DNA of 64,000 nucleotides from an uncultured Alphaproteobacteria bacterium (GCA_944391425.1 CALXTO010000003.1:4787-68786); one strand, 5' to 3'. Counted from the first letter of the stretch, positions 1 to 9,400 are shown. The notes: generated by a model from the letters alone, not told the origin. Numbers and translations: made by a program.

Positions 1-69
1 GAAGTGAAAGATTTTGAAGATTTTGTAGACACGATTGACAAGATGGCCAAACCTCAGGGAGAGAATTAA
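1..69 (+). CDS. 3' end of an upstream gene; its stop overlaps the nusB start
   Basis: Open frame ...EVKDFEDFVDTIDKMAKPQGEN* ends at 67-69. ribH commonly precedes nusB, but this tail is not recognisably RibH. Confidence 0.25.
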   Translation, partial: EVKDFEDFVDTIDKMAKPQGEN

Positions 70-572
70 TGGCAAAATTTGTTTCAGAAAAAATTAAAAT
101 GAAATCCGTGGCGCGTCTGGCTGCCGTGCAGGCAACCTATATGATTGAATATGGGCAGTTGCCGGTTGACGAAGTGATTAAGGATTTTATCAACGGTGAA
201 GTCGGCCGCTATGTGATTGAGGAAGAAAGCGACGGTTATGAAGAGCATGAAAATCTGGTCGAAGTCGGTGAAATGGATACCAATTATTTTGCTACTTTGA
301 CTCGCGGCGTGCATGCTCAAAAAGAACAATTGGAAAAGTCTTTGGCGCATTATTTGCGCGAAGGATGGAATTTTGAGCGCTTTGACGGCACTTTGCGGGC
401 GGTTTTGCTGTGTGCGGCTTATGAGCTGGTTAATACGCACGATGTCGATGCAACGGTCATTATCAAAGAATATGTCGATTTGGCATATGCATTTTTTACC
501 AAGAGCGAGCCTAAGATGGTCAATGCGCTGCTTGATCAGATAGCGAAGGAAATCCGATCCGCGGGCAATTGA
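69..572 (+). CDS. nusB: transcription antitermination factor NusB
   Basis: 167 aa. ARLAAVQATY motif and LRAVLLCAAYEL helix pattern typical of NusB. nusB-def-fmt neighbourhood. Confidence 0.85.
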   Translation: MAKFVSEKIKMKSVARLAAVQATYMIEYGQLPVDEVIKDFINGEVGRYVIEEESDGYEEHENLVEVGEMDTNYFATLTRGVHAQKEQLEKSLAHYLREGWNFERFDGTLRAVLLCAAYELVNTHDVDATVIIKEYVDLAYAFFTKSEPKMVNALLDQIAKEIRSAGN

Positions 573-613
573 TTGTCTGCCTTTGGTCGGGAAATATCTG
601 GCAGGAGTTTTGT

Positions 614-1126
614 ATGGCAAAGTTAAAAGTATATGAATATCCGCATCCGGTTTTGAAGAAAAAGGCAGAGAAGGTTTCTGTCGTTGACGACGAGCTGCGG
701 GCTTTTATGGACGATATGCTGGAAACCATGTATGATTCCAACGGCTGCGGTCTGGCTGCACCGCAGGTAGGCGTTTCCAAACGCATTGTCGTGATTGACA
801 TTGCCCGCGAAGACGAAGAGCCGTCGCCGATGTATCTGGTTAACCCGGAAATCATCTGGAAATCGGAAGAAACGGAAATTTGCGAGGAAGGATGCCTTTC
901 TCTGCCGGAAATGCGGGCGGAAGTCGAGCGTCCGGCCAGCGTTAAAATTCATTATCTGGATTATGACGGCAGGGAGTGCGAGCTTTTGGCGGAAGATTTT
1001 CTGGCTGTCGCGGCACAGCATGAGCTGGATCATCTGGATGGAATTTTATATATTGATCATCTGAGCCGGCTGAAACGCCAGATGCTGGTGAAAAAGTTGG
1101 AAAACAGCCGGAAGAAACGCGGATAA
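614..1126 (+). CDS. def: peptide deformylase
   Basis: Motifs GxGLAAPQVG, EGCLSLP and HELDHLDG are present. AGGAG lies 8 nt before the ATG at 614; the track ORF starting at 569 is an upstream extension. Confidence 0.9.
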   Translation: MAKLKVYEYPHPVLKKKAEKVSVVDDELRAFMDDMLETMYDSNGCGLAAPQVGVSKRIVVIDIAREDEEPSPMYLVNPEIIWKSEETEICEEGCLSLPEMRAEVERPASVKIHYLDYDGRECELLAEDFLAVAAQHELDHLDGILYIDHLSRLKRQMLVKKLENSRKKRG

Positions 1127-1207
1127 CGGTTTGTTTTTAAGGCGATTTGTACGACCGAAAAATTCATATGCAAAAATGTAAAGCTTTTTCGCAAAGGGAG
1201 AAGTATT

Positions 1208-2125
1208 ATGAAAATCGTTTTTATGGGAACGCCTGATTTTGCCGTTCCGACATTGGAAGCTTTGATTGAAAGGCATGAGGTGATTTGCGTTTACTGCCAG
1301 GCACCTAAAGAAGCTGGAAGAGGGCAGAAGGTTGTGAAGTCTCCGGTGCAGGTTTGCGCCGAAGCGCATGGGATTGAAGTGCGTACGCCGAAGACTCTGC
1401 GCAATGCGGAAGAACAGGAAAAGTTTGCCGCTTTGGGTGCGGATATCGCGATTGTGGCGGCTTATGGGCTGATTTTGCCGAAAGCGGTTATTGAGGCGTT
1501 TCCTTTGGGCTGTCTGAATGTTCACGGCTCATTGCTGCCGCGCTGGCGCGGCGCAGCGCCGATACAGAGGGCGATTGAGGCCGGGGATGAGAAAACCGGT
1601 ATTACCGTTATGCAGGTTGTGGAAGCACTGGATGCCGGCGCGATGTATAAGAAGGGAGAAATTGTCATTACGGAAGATATGACGGGCGGTCGCCTGCATG
1701 ACGAAATGTCCGTTTTGGGCGCCGGGCTGATGTTAGAGGTGCTGGATGATTTGCAAAATATTAAACCGGAAGCTCAGGATGAAAGCTTAGTGACTTATGC
1801 TGCCAAGATTGATAAATCTGAATGCCGAATTGATTTTACACAGTCGGCTGAAGTTCTGGAACGCAAAATCCGGGCCTTTAATCCTTATCCGGCGATGTAT
1901 TTTGAATATGAAGGCGAACGTTTTAAGGTTTTACGGGCAGAGGCTCTGGCAGCTTCATCCGGACGTGAAGCCGGTACAATCGTACCTAATGATACCGGAT
2001 TGTTGATTGAATGCGGGCAGGGGATGCTGCTGGTGACGGAAATACAGCGTCAGGGTAAAAAGGCAATGAAAACGGAGGAGCTGCTGCGCGGCTTCTCCTT
2101 TCAAGAAGAATATGTTCTGAAATAA
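1208..2125 (+). CDS. fmt: methionyl-tRNA formyltransferase
   Basis: MKIVFMGTPDFAVP and HGSLLPRWRGAAPIQRAI signatures; immediately after def. Confidence 0.9.
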   Translation: MKIVFMGTPDFAVPTLEALIERHEVICVYCQAPKEAGRGQKVVKSPVQVCAEAHGIEVRTPKTLRNAEEQEKFAALGADIAIVAAYGLILPKAVIEAFPLGCLNVHGSLLPRWRGAAPIQRAIEAGDEKTGITVMQVVEALDAGAMYKKGEIVITEDMTGGRLHDEMSVLGAGLMLEVLDDLQNIKPEAQDESLVTYAAKIDKSECRIDFTQSAEVLERKIRAFNPYPAMYFEYEGERFKVLRAEALAASSGREAGTIVPNDTGLLIECGQGMLLVTEIQRQGKKAMKTEELLRGFSFQEEYVLK

Positions 2126-2163
2126 AAAAACAGCAGCGTTTAAAAAACGCTGCTGTTTTTTTA
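2126..2163. terminator. bidirectional rho-independent terminator
   Basis: aacagcagcgtt-taaa-aacgctgctgtt hairpin with an A-run before and a T-run after. Sits between the convergent fmt and the 310-aa ORF. Confidence 0.7.
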
Positions 2164-3093
2164 TTGGCCGGAATACATTTGTTCCAGTTCAATAATGTTT
2201 TGGTCGGAATCGCTCCATTCCGCTACAGGCTTTTGTCTGATCGTTGCGGCCAACTTGTTTAGCGGCGTATATACCAGACACAGCATTGAGTTTTTCTTGA
2301 TCAGCGGATACAATTCCTTCAGGAGCTGAAATGTTTCCGGACTGATCCAGTTACCGTAAAAAAGATACATAATCAGATTAGGATGCGAGTATCCCGTAAC
2401 CTGTATGCTTTTACGGATAAACTCGAAACAGAGATCTTTGATTGCAGGTTGTATGGAACGGTTTTTCTTGTCGTATGTGTCGACAACGATTTCCACCTGT
2501 TTTTCAAAGATAAACTGATCGTAGGAATATTCCGGATTGAGCGCAATGTTGAGAATTGACTTGCGGACAGGGATATGGTTTTTTTTCAGGCGCTTGATGT
2601 GCTTGATTGTCTGCCGCAGATACAGCTTGTTTTCGTTAGCGATATCGTTGTCACTTTCTTTGCTTTGTGCATAGTCCAGAATTTTGGCCACGGGCACGTT
2701 GTCAATCAGCATCTGATAAGCTTCTTTGGAGAAGGAACGAGTCTGCTCCAAAAGGTGGTTTATGATGCTGATGAAACGGGCCGTGTGTTTGTCTCCGGTA
2801 CGGGCGTACTGCTTTTGGGCCGTTGCCAGCGTTTTTTGAAGATTGCTGTGCGGTGCGGCAAAAGCATCATACAGAGTTTTTGTTTTGACGGCCAGTCCCT
2901 GACGCTCCATTTCTTTGAGCGTATACTCTTTCCATTTCTGTTCGACCGAACGTTCTGCCCAAATGATGGATTGCAGTTTGGAATACAGCTGTTCCAAAGA
3001 TTTTCCGCTGTTGAACTGATAAATCAACCATTTGCGAGCAGTGGGCGTAGCGGCGGAGAGAGCGGATCTTTCCTCGTGATTCAAGTTTTTCAT
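2161..3093 (-). CDS. hypothetical protein, no recognisable domain
   Basis: 310-aa ORF with no motif I recognise. It has its own AT-rich upstream region at 3094-3180. Confidence 0.5.
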   Translation of the reverse strand: MKNLNHEERSALSAATPTARKWLIYQFNSGKSLEQLYSKLQSIIWAERSVEQKWKEYTLKEMERQGLAVKTKTLYDAFAAPHSNLQKTLATAQKQYARTGDKHTARFISIINHLLEQTRSFSKEAYQMLIDNVPVAKILDYAQSKESDNDIANENKLYLRQTIKHIKRLKKNHIPVRKSILNIALNPEYSYDQFIFEKQVEIVVDTYDKKNRSIQPAIKDLCFEFIRKSIQVTGYSHPNLIMYLFYGNWISPETFQLLKELYPLIKKNSMLCLVYTPLNKLAATIRQKPVAEWSDSDQNIIELEQMYSGQ

Positions 3094-3180
3094 TTATTTA
3101 AATTTTAATGATTTAACAATAATTTTTTTCTGATTTCAATTTTACTCTATTTATAAAGGAAAGGCAACATTTTTTTGTCT

Positions 3181-3212
3181 ATAAAATTAAAACCCGTATT
3201 CTCTTCGGAATA
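3181..3212. terminator. rho-independent terminator downstream of the 250-aa ORF
   Basis: cccgtattc-tcttcg-gaatacggg perfect 9-bp stem with an A-run on one side and a T-run on the other. Confidence 0.65.
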
Positions 3213-3232
3213 CGGGTTTTGAGAGGAAACGG

Positions 3233-3985
3233 CTATAAAACTTCGCCGCGGGCAATGGCTTCTTCTTCCAAAGTCATGAAAGTGTCTGGTTTGTACAGTT
3301 CTACCAATTCTTTCAATAATGCCATTTTTTCTTTATTGATTGGGATATCTTTCATTTTGTCCCAATCATAAATGTAACCCCGCTGGTATACGGTTTTAAG
3401 TTTGGAGTATAAGAACTCTCCAAGTCCTGAAGCCGTAATGGTTTTATGGAATTCTTTGAGTATGTTATAAGTTTTCTTGCTCAGGTAGTTGAGGTCGACA
3501 ATTACAAACATGATACTCCATTCCACGATTTCTTTTTCCAGCATTTTGCGCAGAAATTCCGCGGCCATGTTTTTAATCGGGTGCTGCTGGAATTTGAACG
3601 ATGTTATCAACAGGGCGATGTAGTCGTCGCGCAGCTGATAATAGTCATCCAAGCACAACAGTCCTTTGATTTGGGAGATTTGCTGCGGAGAAACAGTCTT
3701 TTGGTTGGTGAGGTTTTGTACCAGAAGCAGGTTGGCTTCTTTTAAGTCTTTTTTCTTCCTTTGAATTTTAGCTGCCAGGTTGTTATTTAAGGGAACCTGG
3801 TCCTTTTTCTCACCAGCGGTTTTTTTGTTTTTCCGGTTTTGCATTTCTTCCTGCCAGGCATTGAAAATGCTTTGCGAAATTACGCCTTCTTCTTTCCATT
3901 GTTGGAGAAGGGCGCTTTTTTCTTCCGTTGTTTTTCCTTTGAATTGTATTGACAATTCAAAAGGAAGCTTCAGCTTCGTTCCCAT
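3233..3985 (-). CDS. hypothetical protein, ORFan
   Basis: 250-aa ORF, K/E/Q-rich N-terminus, no recognisable catalytic motif. It lies 9 nt downstream of the 88-aa ORF, so the two are probably an operon. Confidence 0.5.
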   Translation of the reverse strand: MGTKLKLPFELSIQFKGKTTEEKSALLQQWKEEGVISQSIFNAWQEEMQNRKNKKTAGEKKDQVPLNNNLAAKIQRKKKDLKEANLLLVQNLTNQKTVSPQQISQIKGLLCLDDYYQLRDDYIALLITSFKFQQHPIKNMAAEFLRKMLEKEIVEWSIMFVIVDLNYLSKKTYNILKEFHKTITASGLGEFLYSKLKTVYQRGYIYDWDKMKDIPINKEKMALLKELVELYKPDTFMTLEEEAIARGEVL

Positions 3986-3994
3986 GACCAGAAA

Positions 3995-4261
3995 TTATTT
4001 TGCACAGCTGATTGTGTACTTGTTTTCCAGTTGTTCCGGTGTGAAAAGCTTAACCCTTCCATCAGGCATAAGAACCGCGAGGAATTTGTTGTTGCCGTCC
4101 GTGCACCAGGAACTCCACAGTTCCATCATTGGTTCTGAGGAATTGTTTTTCTTGATGCGTTTTTTGACGGCATTCTTGTTGGTTGCTGTCATACCTGATT
4201 CCAGTTTTTCCTGGATTTTACTTAAAGCCAACTGTGCTTCAATGCTTTCTTGTTTTTCCAT
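3995..4261 (-). CDS. hypothetical small protein, ORFan
   Basis: 88-aa ORF, first gene of the minus-strand pair. An AT-rich divergent promoter region (4262-4464) is shared with macA. Confidence 0.4.
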   Translation of the reverse strand: MEKQESIEAQLALSKIQEKLESGMTATNKNAVKKRIKKNNSSEPMMELWSSWCTDGNNKFLAVLMPDGRVKLFTPEQLENKYTISCAK

Positions 4262-4470
4262 ACTAATTTGGTTTTTGTTGCTTTATCAAGCCGCGTGCAT
4301 ATTCGGGTGCGGGATGAAAAGCGGGTTAATAATTGTGTTAATTGTAAATATGCATTTAAAATTATAGACAAAATTTCCATTCTTTTCAACTGAATTTTTA
4401 GTTTTTGTTAAACTTTTTTCTCTATAGTTAAAAACAAGATAAATAATTATCTTAAATCAGAGGGTTGACG

Positions 4471-5628
4471 ATGAAAAAGTCTGTGAAAATTTTGGCGCTA
4501 CTTACGGTTTTGGGCGCAGGGTGGTTTGCATTCGGCAGGGCAGGAGATTCCGGTCCGGTTTATGTTACGCAGAAACCAAAGCGGGGTGAGATTGTCGAAA
4601 AGGTAACGGCTTCGGGGATTATTAATCCGATTTCGACGGTTAATATCGGCACGCAGGTTTCGGGTACGATTGCTGAGATTTTTGTAGATTATAACACGCC
4701 GGTTAAGCCGGGGCAGCTTCTGGCCCAGATAGATCCCGCACTGTTTGAAGCAACGGTTGCGCAAAGAAGAGCCGCGCTCAACATTGCCAAAGCTGAATTG
4801 GAAGTGGTTAAAAACGATATTGTTTATTATCAAAAACATCTGGAGAGAATCAAAAAACTGAATAAATCCCAATATTCTACGGATAAGGAGCTGGAAACGG
4901 CTCAGCGCGATTATGACAACGCGGTGGTGCAGAAAGCTTTGAAAGAAGCCCAGATTCAGCAGGCGGAAGCTTCGCTGCAACAAGCGGAAATTGATTTGCG
5001 CTATACCAAAATTGTTTCGCCGGTTGAGGGCATCGTTGTTTCCAAGGAAGTAGAAGTCGGGCAGACGGTGGCCGCCAGTTTTCAAACGCCGACGCTGTTT
5101 AATGTGGCTGAAGATCTGGCTTCAATGCAAATTGAGGCTTCCGTGGCCGAGGCTGATATTGCCAAGGTTAAAGAAGGGCAGACAGTGGAGTTCAGCGTGG
5201 ACAGTTTTCCCGATGAGGTCTTTTACGGGTTGGTGACGCAAGTCAGAAACAATCCGATTACAACGTCAAACGTCGTGACTTATGAAGTTATTATTGAAAT
5301 TAACAATAAAGAGCAAAAGCTGAAACCGGGGATGACGGCAAATGTCGAGGTAATTACGGCACAGAAAGAAAACGCACTGCTGGTTCCCAACAAGGCCTTG
5401 CGCTTTTTTATCACGGATGCGAACGGCGAAACAAAACGCTATAAGGACAAGGGTATCTGGATTTTGGAAAACGGAAAGCCCAGACGCATCAGCGTGGTTG
5501 CCGGCGTTTCGGATGAGGATAACACAGAAGTCGTTTCAGATGAATTGAATGAAAATTCAAATGTGATTTTGGAACGCGTTTCTTCTGGCGGTGACGATAA
5601 AAACCTGCGTATGAGGATGCCTCACTAA
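4471..5628 (+). CDS. macA: efflux periplasmic adaptor subunit (HlyD/MacA family)
   Basis: N-terminal TM/signal, coiled-coil alpha-hairpin and beta-barrel segments typical of membrane fusion proteins. Its stop overlaps the start of the ABC ATPase. AGAGGG RBS before the ATG at 4471. Confidence 0.8.
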   Translation: MKKSVKILALLTVLGAGWFAFGRAGDSGPVYVTQKPKRGEIVEKVTASGIINPISTVNIGTQVSGTIAEIFVDYNTPVKPGQLLAQIDPALFEATVAQRRAALNIAKAELEVVKNDIVYYQKHLERIKKLNKSQYSTDKELETAQRDYDNAVVQKALKEAQIQQAEASLQQAEIDLRYTKIVSPVEGIVVSKEVEVGQTVAASFQTPTLFNVAEDLASMQIEASVAEADIAKVKEGQTVEFSVDSFPDEVFYGLVTQVRNNPITTSNVVTYEVIIEINNKEQKLKPGMTANVEVITAQKENALLVPNKALRFFITDANGETKRYKDKGIWILENGKPRRISVVAGVSDEDNTEVVSDELNENSNVILERVSSGGDDKNLRMRMPH

Positions 5629-6314
5629 TGGCTCAGATTAACCTTAACAATATTACCAAAAGCTATCCTTTAGACGGTTTGAGCCTAAAAATCCTTAAAG
5701 GGATTACGCTTGAAATCGGGAGCGGGGAGTTTGTGGCCATTATGGGGCCTTCAGGTTCGGGAAAGTCTACCCTGATGAATATTCTCGGCTGTTTGGATAA
5801 GCCGACTTCCGGACAATATATTTTGGACGGAATGAATGTCGAAAATTTGTCTGCAGATGAGCTTGCCGAAATTCGTAATCATAAAATCGGCTTTGTGTTT
5901 CAGGGGTTTAACCTGCTGTCCAGAACTACGGCTCTGGAAAACGTGGAACTGCCGATGGTTTATTCCGGATTGTCGCCGGCTGAGCGCAAAGAACGCGCCG
6001 AAGAAGCTCTGAAAAAAGTCGGGCTGAAAGACCGTATGTATCATCAACCGAATCAGCTTTCGGGCGGACAGCAGCAACGCGTGGCCATTGCCCGGGCCAT
6101 TGTTAATGATGCGCCGATTATCTTTGCCGATGAACCGACGGGAAACCTCGATACCAAAATGAGCGTTGAGATTATGGATTTGTTTACCAAGCTGAACAAA
6201 GAGCTGAAACGTACGATTATTCTGGTAACGCACGAAGAAGACATTGCCCGTTATGCCGACAGGATTATCCGAATCGTAGACGGGGAAATTCATTCTGACG
6301 AGAAGGTAAAATGA
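5628..6314 (+). CDS. macB: ABC transporter ATP-binding protein (MacB/LolD-type)
   Basis: Walker [10 protein letters not shown], signature [14 protein letters not shown] and Walker [13 protein letters not shown]. Confidence 0.85.
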   Translation: MAQINLNNITKSYPLDGLSLKILKGITLEIGSGEFVAIMGPSGSGKSTLMNILGCLDKPTSGQYILDGMNVENLSADELAEIRNHKIGFVFQGFNLLSRTTALENVELPMVYSGLSPAERKERAEEALKKVGLKDRMYHQPNQLSGGQQQRVAIARAIVNDAPIIFADEPTGNLDTKMSVEIMDLFTKLNKELKRTIILVTHEEDIARYADRIIRIVDGEIHSDEKVK

Positions 6315-7540
6315 TCGATTTATATACGATTTTTAACATAGCAATCCGAGCCATAAAGGCTAATAAAATGCGGTCTATTCTGACCAGCTTGGGTATTATT
6401 ATCGGCGTGGCAGCGGTGATTGTCATGCTGGCGGTCGGAAACGGTGCTCAGACTTCAATTCAGAATGAGATGAAAACCATGGGTTCTAATCTGATTATTA
6501 TTCGCTCCGGTGTGGCAACGTCCAGCGGTGTACGGGGCGGGCACGGTTCCCAACCGACGATGCGTATGAGCGACGGCGATGCCATTCAGGAAAAAATTCC
6601 GCAAATCAAACTGGCGGCTCCGGTGCTGGAAGAAACGGCTCAAATCGTTTACGGCAATGCCAACTGGTCTACCGGCGTTAACGGAACAGACCGTCGTTTG
6701 TTTGAGATCAAAGAATGGGATTTGGCTTATGGGCGAATGTTCAGCGAAACGGACATTAAAAGTGCTTCCAAAACGGCTATTCTCGGGCAGACGGTAGTTT
6801 ACGAACTGTTTGGCGACGTTGATCCTTTAGGGCGGACTATCCGCATCAAAGGTATTCCGTTTCAGGTGATTGGCGTTTTGGATGCGCGCGGGCAGAACGG
6901 TATGGGACAGGATCAGGATGATGTTGTTTATATTCCCATTACGACAGCGCAGAAAAAGGTGATGGGAACGACTATTCCCGATCAGGTACGTATGGTGATG
7001 CTGCAGGCTGTAGATTCCGAAAGTACTTATACCTCACAGGACGAAATCCGGCAGTTGCTGCGTCAGCGCCATAATCTGGGCGCAAACAAAGAAGACGATT
7101 TTGTTATCCGCAATCTGACCCAAATGATGGAAATGATGGAGAATTCTACTAAAATCATGACGATTTTGCTCGGTTCCATCGCTTCCATTTCTTTGCTGGT
7201 CGGAGGTATCGGCATTATGAACATTATGCTGGTTTCAGTGACGGAACGAACGCGTGAAATCGGTATCCGTATGGCTATCGGCGCCAAGGCTTGGGATATC
7301 CGTTGGCAGTTTCTGATGGAATCGCTTGTCTTGTCCCTGATCGGCGGTCTGGTGGGGGTTGTGCTCGGTCTGATCGGTTCGGAAGCCGTATCGGCATTCA
7401 GTTCGCTTAAAACAGAAGTTTCCGTTTTTTATGTGTTGCTGCCGTTTTCTTTTGCCGGATTTGTCGGATTGTTTTTTGGTTTCTATCCTGCTTATAAGGC
7501 TTCTCTTCTTAATCCGATTAATGCGCTTCGCTATGAATAA
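6311..7540 (+). CDS. ABC transporter permease (FtsX/MacB-type)
   Basis: 409 aa with an N-terminal TM, a large periplasmic domain and three to four C-terminal TM helices (FtsX-like). Translationally coupled to the ATPase. Confidence 0.8.
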   Translation: MIDLYTIFNIAIRAIKANKMRSILTSLGIIIGVAAVIVMLAVGNGAQTSIQNEMKTMGSNLIIIRSGVATSSGVRGGHGSQPTMRMSDGDAIQEKIPQIKLAAPVLEETAQIVYGNANWSTGVNGTDRRLFEIKEWDLAYGRMFSETDIKSASKTAILGQTVVYELFGDVDPLGRTIRIKGIPFQVIGVLDARGQNGMGQDQDDVVYIPITTAQKKVMGTTIPDQVRMVMLQAVDSESTYTSQDEIRQLLRQRHNLGANKEDDFVIRNLTQMMEMMENSTKIMTILLGSIASISLLVGGIGIMNIMLVSVTERTREIGIRMAIGAKAWDIRWQFLMESLVLSLIGGLVGVVLGLIGSEAVSAFSSLKTEVSVFYVLLPFSFAGFVGLFFGFYPAYKASLLNPINALRYE

Positions 7541-7571
7541 TACGCACCCGGACCGCACGGGCAATAAGGGT

Positions 7572-7970
7572 TCAACTCACAAAGTTCGTTTTGCACTTAA
7601 GTGGGCGAGGCCAGGCGAGCGCCTGGAGGCGCACCGAAGCCGCCCGCAACGGCGGGAGCGCACCCGAGCGGGTGAGGCACGAGGGCTTGCTACGTGCGGC
7701 CTGCTCCAGAAAATCCGCTGCCGTTTCCAAAGATGTGGTCGCCGCCTTGATTGTCGATACCGCCTGTCCCATGGAATCCAGCAAAGCGTCCAAATCATTA
7801 GCTCTGTTGGTAAGCGCTCGCGCCGTGTAATAAGAGGAAGGATTGTCAATTGCAGAGTTAACTTTTTTGCCGGTGGACAATCTGTTTTGGGTAGCGTCGA
7901 CCTGTCTGCTGATATTCTGCAGGCTCAACAAATTGCTCCTCATACTTGCAGTCAGGCTTACTTTGTCCAT
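7572..7970 (-). pseudogene. truncated flagellin paralog: the N-terminal 92 codons are duplicated from the gene at 46372, then fused to a GC-rich tail
   Basis: The first ~92 aa (MDKVSLTASMRSNLLSLQNISRQVD...FLEQAA) closely match the N-terminal 92 codons at 46372-46647. The upstream RBS segment ggtaatcaaagaggacaaccatgg is duplicated as well. After codon 92 the reading frame continues into ~70% GC sequence with no homology to flagellin. Confidence 0.55.
7586..7695. repeat. GC-rich (~70% GC) element forming the 3' tail of the flagellin fragment
   Basis: Contains short hairpins of the form XXXXXX-agc-XXXXXX (caggcg agc gcctg; cacccg agc gggtg). Composition and motifs (ctcgcctcgc, gcctca) resemble the insert at 19083-19240. 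The junction sits at GAGCAGGCCGC. Confidence 0.3.
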
Positions 7971-8018
7971 GGTTGTCCTCTTTGATTACCGATAGCAACA
8001 AGATGTTAACTATCGCAC

Positions 8019-8061
8019 AAATAAGCAACAAACAGGGATCATTTTTCCACAGAAAAATCCC
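8019..8061 (-). terminator. trxB terminator
   Basis: cagggat...atccctg 7-bp stem, followed on the minus strand by a T-rich tract. Confidence 0.45.
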
Positions 8062-8118
8062 TGCAAACCGTTGATATATAAAGTGTTAAAAGGGGTAGAG
8101 AAATATTGGGCTGAAAAT

Positions 8119-9066
8119 TTATCCGTTTTTATTTTCCGTCAGAAATTTATCTGCTTCCAACGCGGCGACACAACCTGAACCGGCAGCGATTACAGCCTGA
8201 CGAAACTGCGGATCTTTGACGTCGCCGGCGGCAAAAACGCCGGGAATGTTTGTTTTGCAGCTGTTGGGTTCTGTTTTGATGTAGCCGTTATCGTCCAGAT
8301 TTATCTGCCCTTTGAAGATTTCTGTATTCGGGTGATGTCCGATGGCAATAAATACGCCGTCGACTTTCAGGGTTTTGCATTGATCGTTTTTAACGTTTTT
8401 GATCTTCAGCCCGGTGACGTTCAGAGGTGTTTCCGTCCCCAAGACTTCCTCTACCACGCTGTCCCATTCGACGGTGATTTTGGGGTTTTCGAGCAGACGT
8501 TTTTGCATTGTTTTGTCGGCACGCAGGCTGTCACGGCGGTGAATGAGCGTGACGGAGTTGGCAAAATTGGTCAAGTAGATAGCTTCTTCTACGGCTGTAT
8601 TGCCACCGCCGACAACAGCAACATTGCGGTTACGGTAAAAGAAACCGTCACAGGTGGCGCAGCCGGAAACGCCGAAACCCCGGAATTTTTTCTCGCTGGG
8701 AAGCCCCAGCCAACGGGCGGAAGCTCCGGTTGCGATAATGACCGTATCTCCGCAGAACAAGTTATGGTTTTCGGAGTTGCATTCAAAAGGACGGCGGCTA
8801 AAATCGATTTCGACGATTTTGTCGTCGATAATCTGAACGCCCACGTTGTGAGCTTGGACGCGCATATTGTGCATCAGTTCGGAGCCAGCAATCGGCGTAG
8901 GAAAGCCCGGAAAGTTTTCAACATCGGTAGTGATGGTTAATTGTCCGCCGATTTGTTCGCCAGAAACCAAAACCGGTTTTAGTCCGGCCCGGGCGGCATA
9001 AATTCCGGCGGTGTAGCCGGCCGGACCGGAACCGATGATGAGAACGGGAGTTTTATATTCGGCCAT
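8119..9066 (-). CDS. trxB: thioredoxin-disulfide reductase
   Basis: GSGPAGYTAGIYAARAG FAD-binding motif, CATCDG redox-active disulfide and GGGNTAVEEA NADPH motif. Confidence 0.9.
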   Translation of the reverse strand: MAEYKTPVLIIGSGPAGYTAGIYAARAGLKPVLVSGEQIGGQLTITTDVENFPGFPTPIAGSELMHNMRVQAHNVGVQIIDDKIVEIDFSRRPFECNSENHNLFCGDTVIIATGASARWLGLPSEKKFRGFGVSGCATCDGFFYRNRNVAVVGGGNTAVEEAIYLTNFANSVTLIHRRDSLRADKTMQKRLLENPKITVEWDSVVEEVLGTETPLNVTGLKIKNVKNDQCKTLKVDGVFIAIGHHPNTEIFKGQINLDDNGYIKTEPNSCKTNIPGVFAAGDVKDPQFRQAVIAAGSGCVAALEADKFLTENKNG

Positions 9067-9081
9067 TATCGTTTATCCTGA

Positions 9082-9345
9082 TTAAATTTCTGTTTCGTTC
9101 CTTTCGACCGTGCAACTGCATTCCTCAGGGCTGCAAAAACAAACGGTATCCTTTTTAATATGCCGTCCTTTGTCTTTGATGTCAAGCCGTTCGCCGCTTA
9201 TACAACCGCAATGATCCTGAGGGGTGCAGTTGCAGGTATAGTCGCTGACGTTGTTGGGAAAGGAACAGCCGCAATTATCGTCATCGCTGCATTCGCAGCG
9301 TTCGAGGCCGCAGTTAGACGGTTCGTTGTAATTTCTGGTATCCAT
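9082..9345 (-). CDS. cysteine-rich (13 Cys in 87 aa), acidic, metallothionein-like small protein
   Basis: Six C-x-C motifs (CEC, CGC, CNC, CGC, CFC, CSC). Strong SD, taaggagaaaaaatATG. It ends 15 nt before trxB on the same strand, so the two are probably co-transcribed. Confidence 0.5.
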   Translation of the reverse strand: MDTRNYNEPSNCGLERCECSDDDNCGCSFPNNVSDYTCNCTPQDHCGCISGERLDIKDKGRHIKKDTVCFCSPEECSCTVERNETEI

Positions 9346-9360
9346 ATTTTTTCTCCTTAT

Positions 9361-9400
9361 AAAAATAAAACTGCCGGATCCGTAGGAAGGGGCAGTTTTA
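9361..9400 (-). terminator. greA terminator
   Basis: ctgcc...ggcag hairpin around an inner ccggatccgtagg palindrome, followed on the minus strand by a T-run. Confidence 0.5.

Noticed and set aside
7431-7985. Plus-strand ORFs 7431-7985 and 7591-7830, and minus-strand ORF 7577-7849
   Set aside because: They lie inside the GC-rich tail and the flagellin-fragment region. Their Arg/Ala/Pro-rich translations are typical of out-of-frame or antisense reading of GC-rich DNA. The in-frame flagellin homology defines the real frame.
8332-8940. 202-aa plus-strand ORF
   Set aside because: It is antisense to the clearly conserved trxB.
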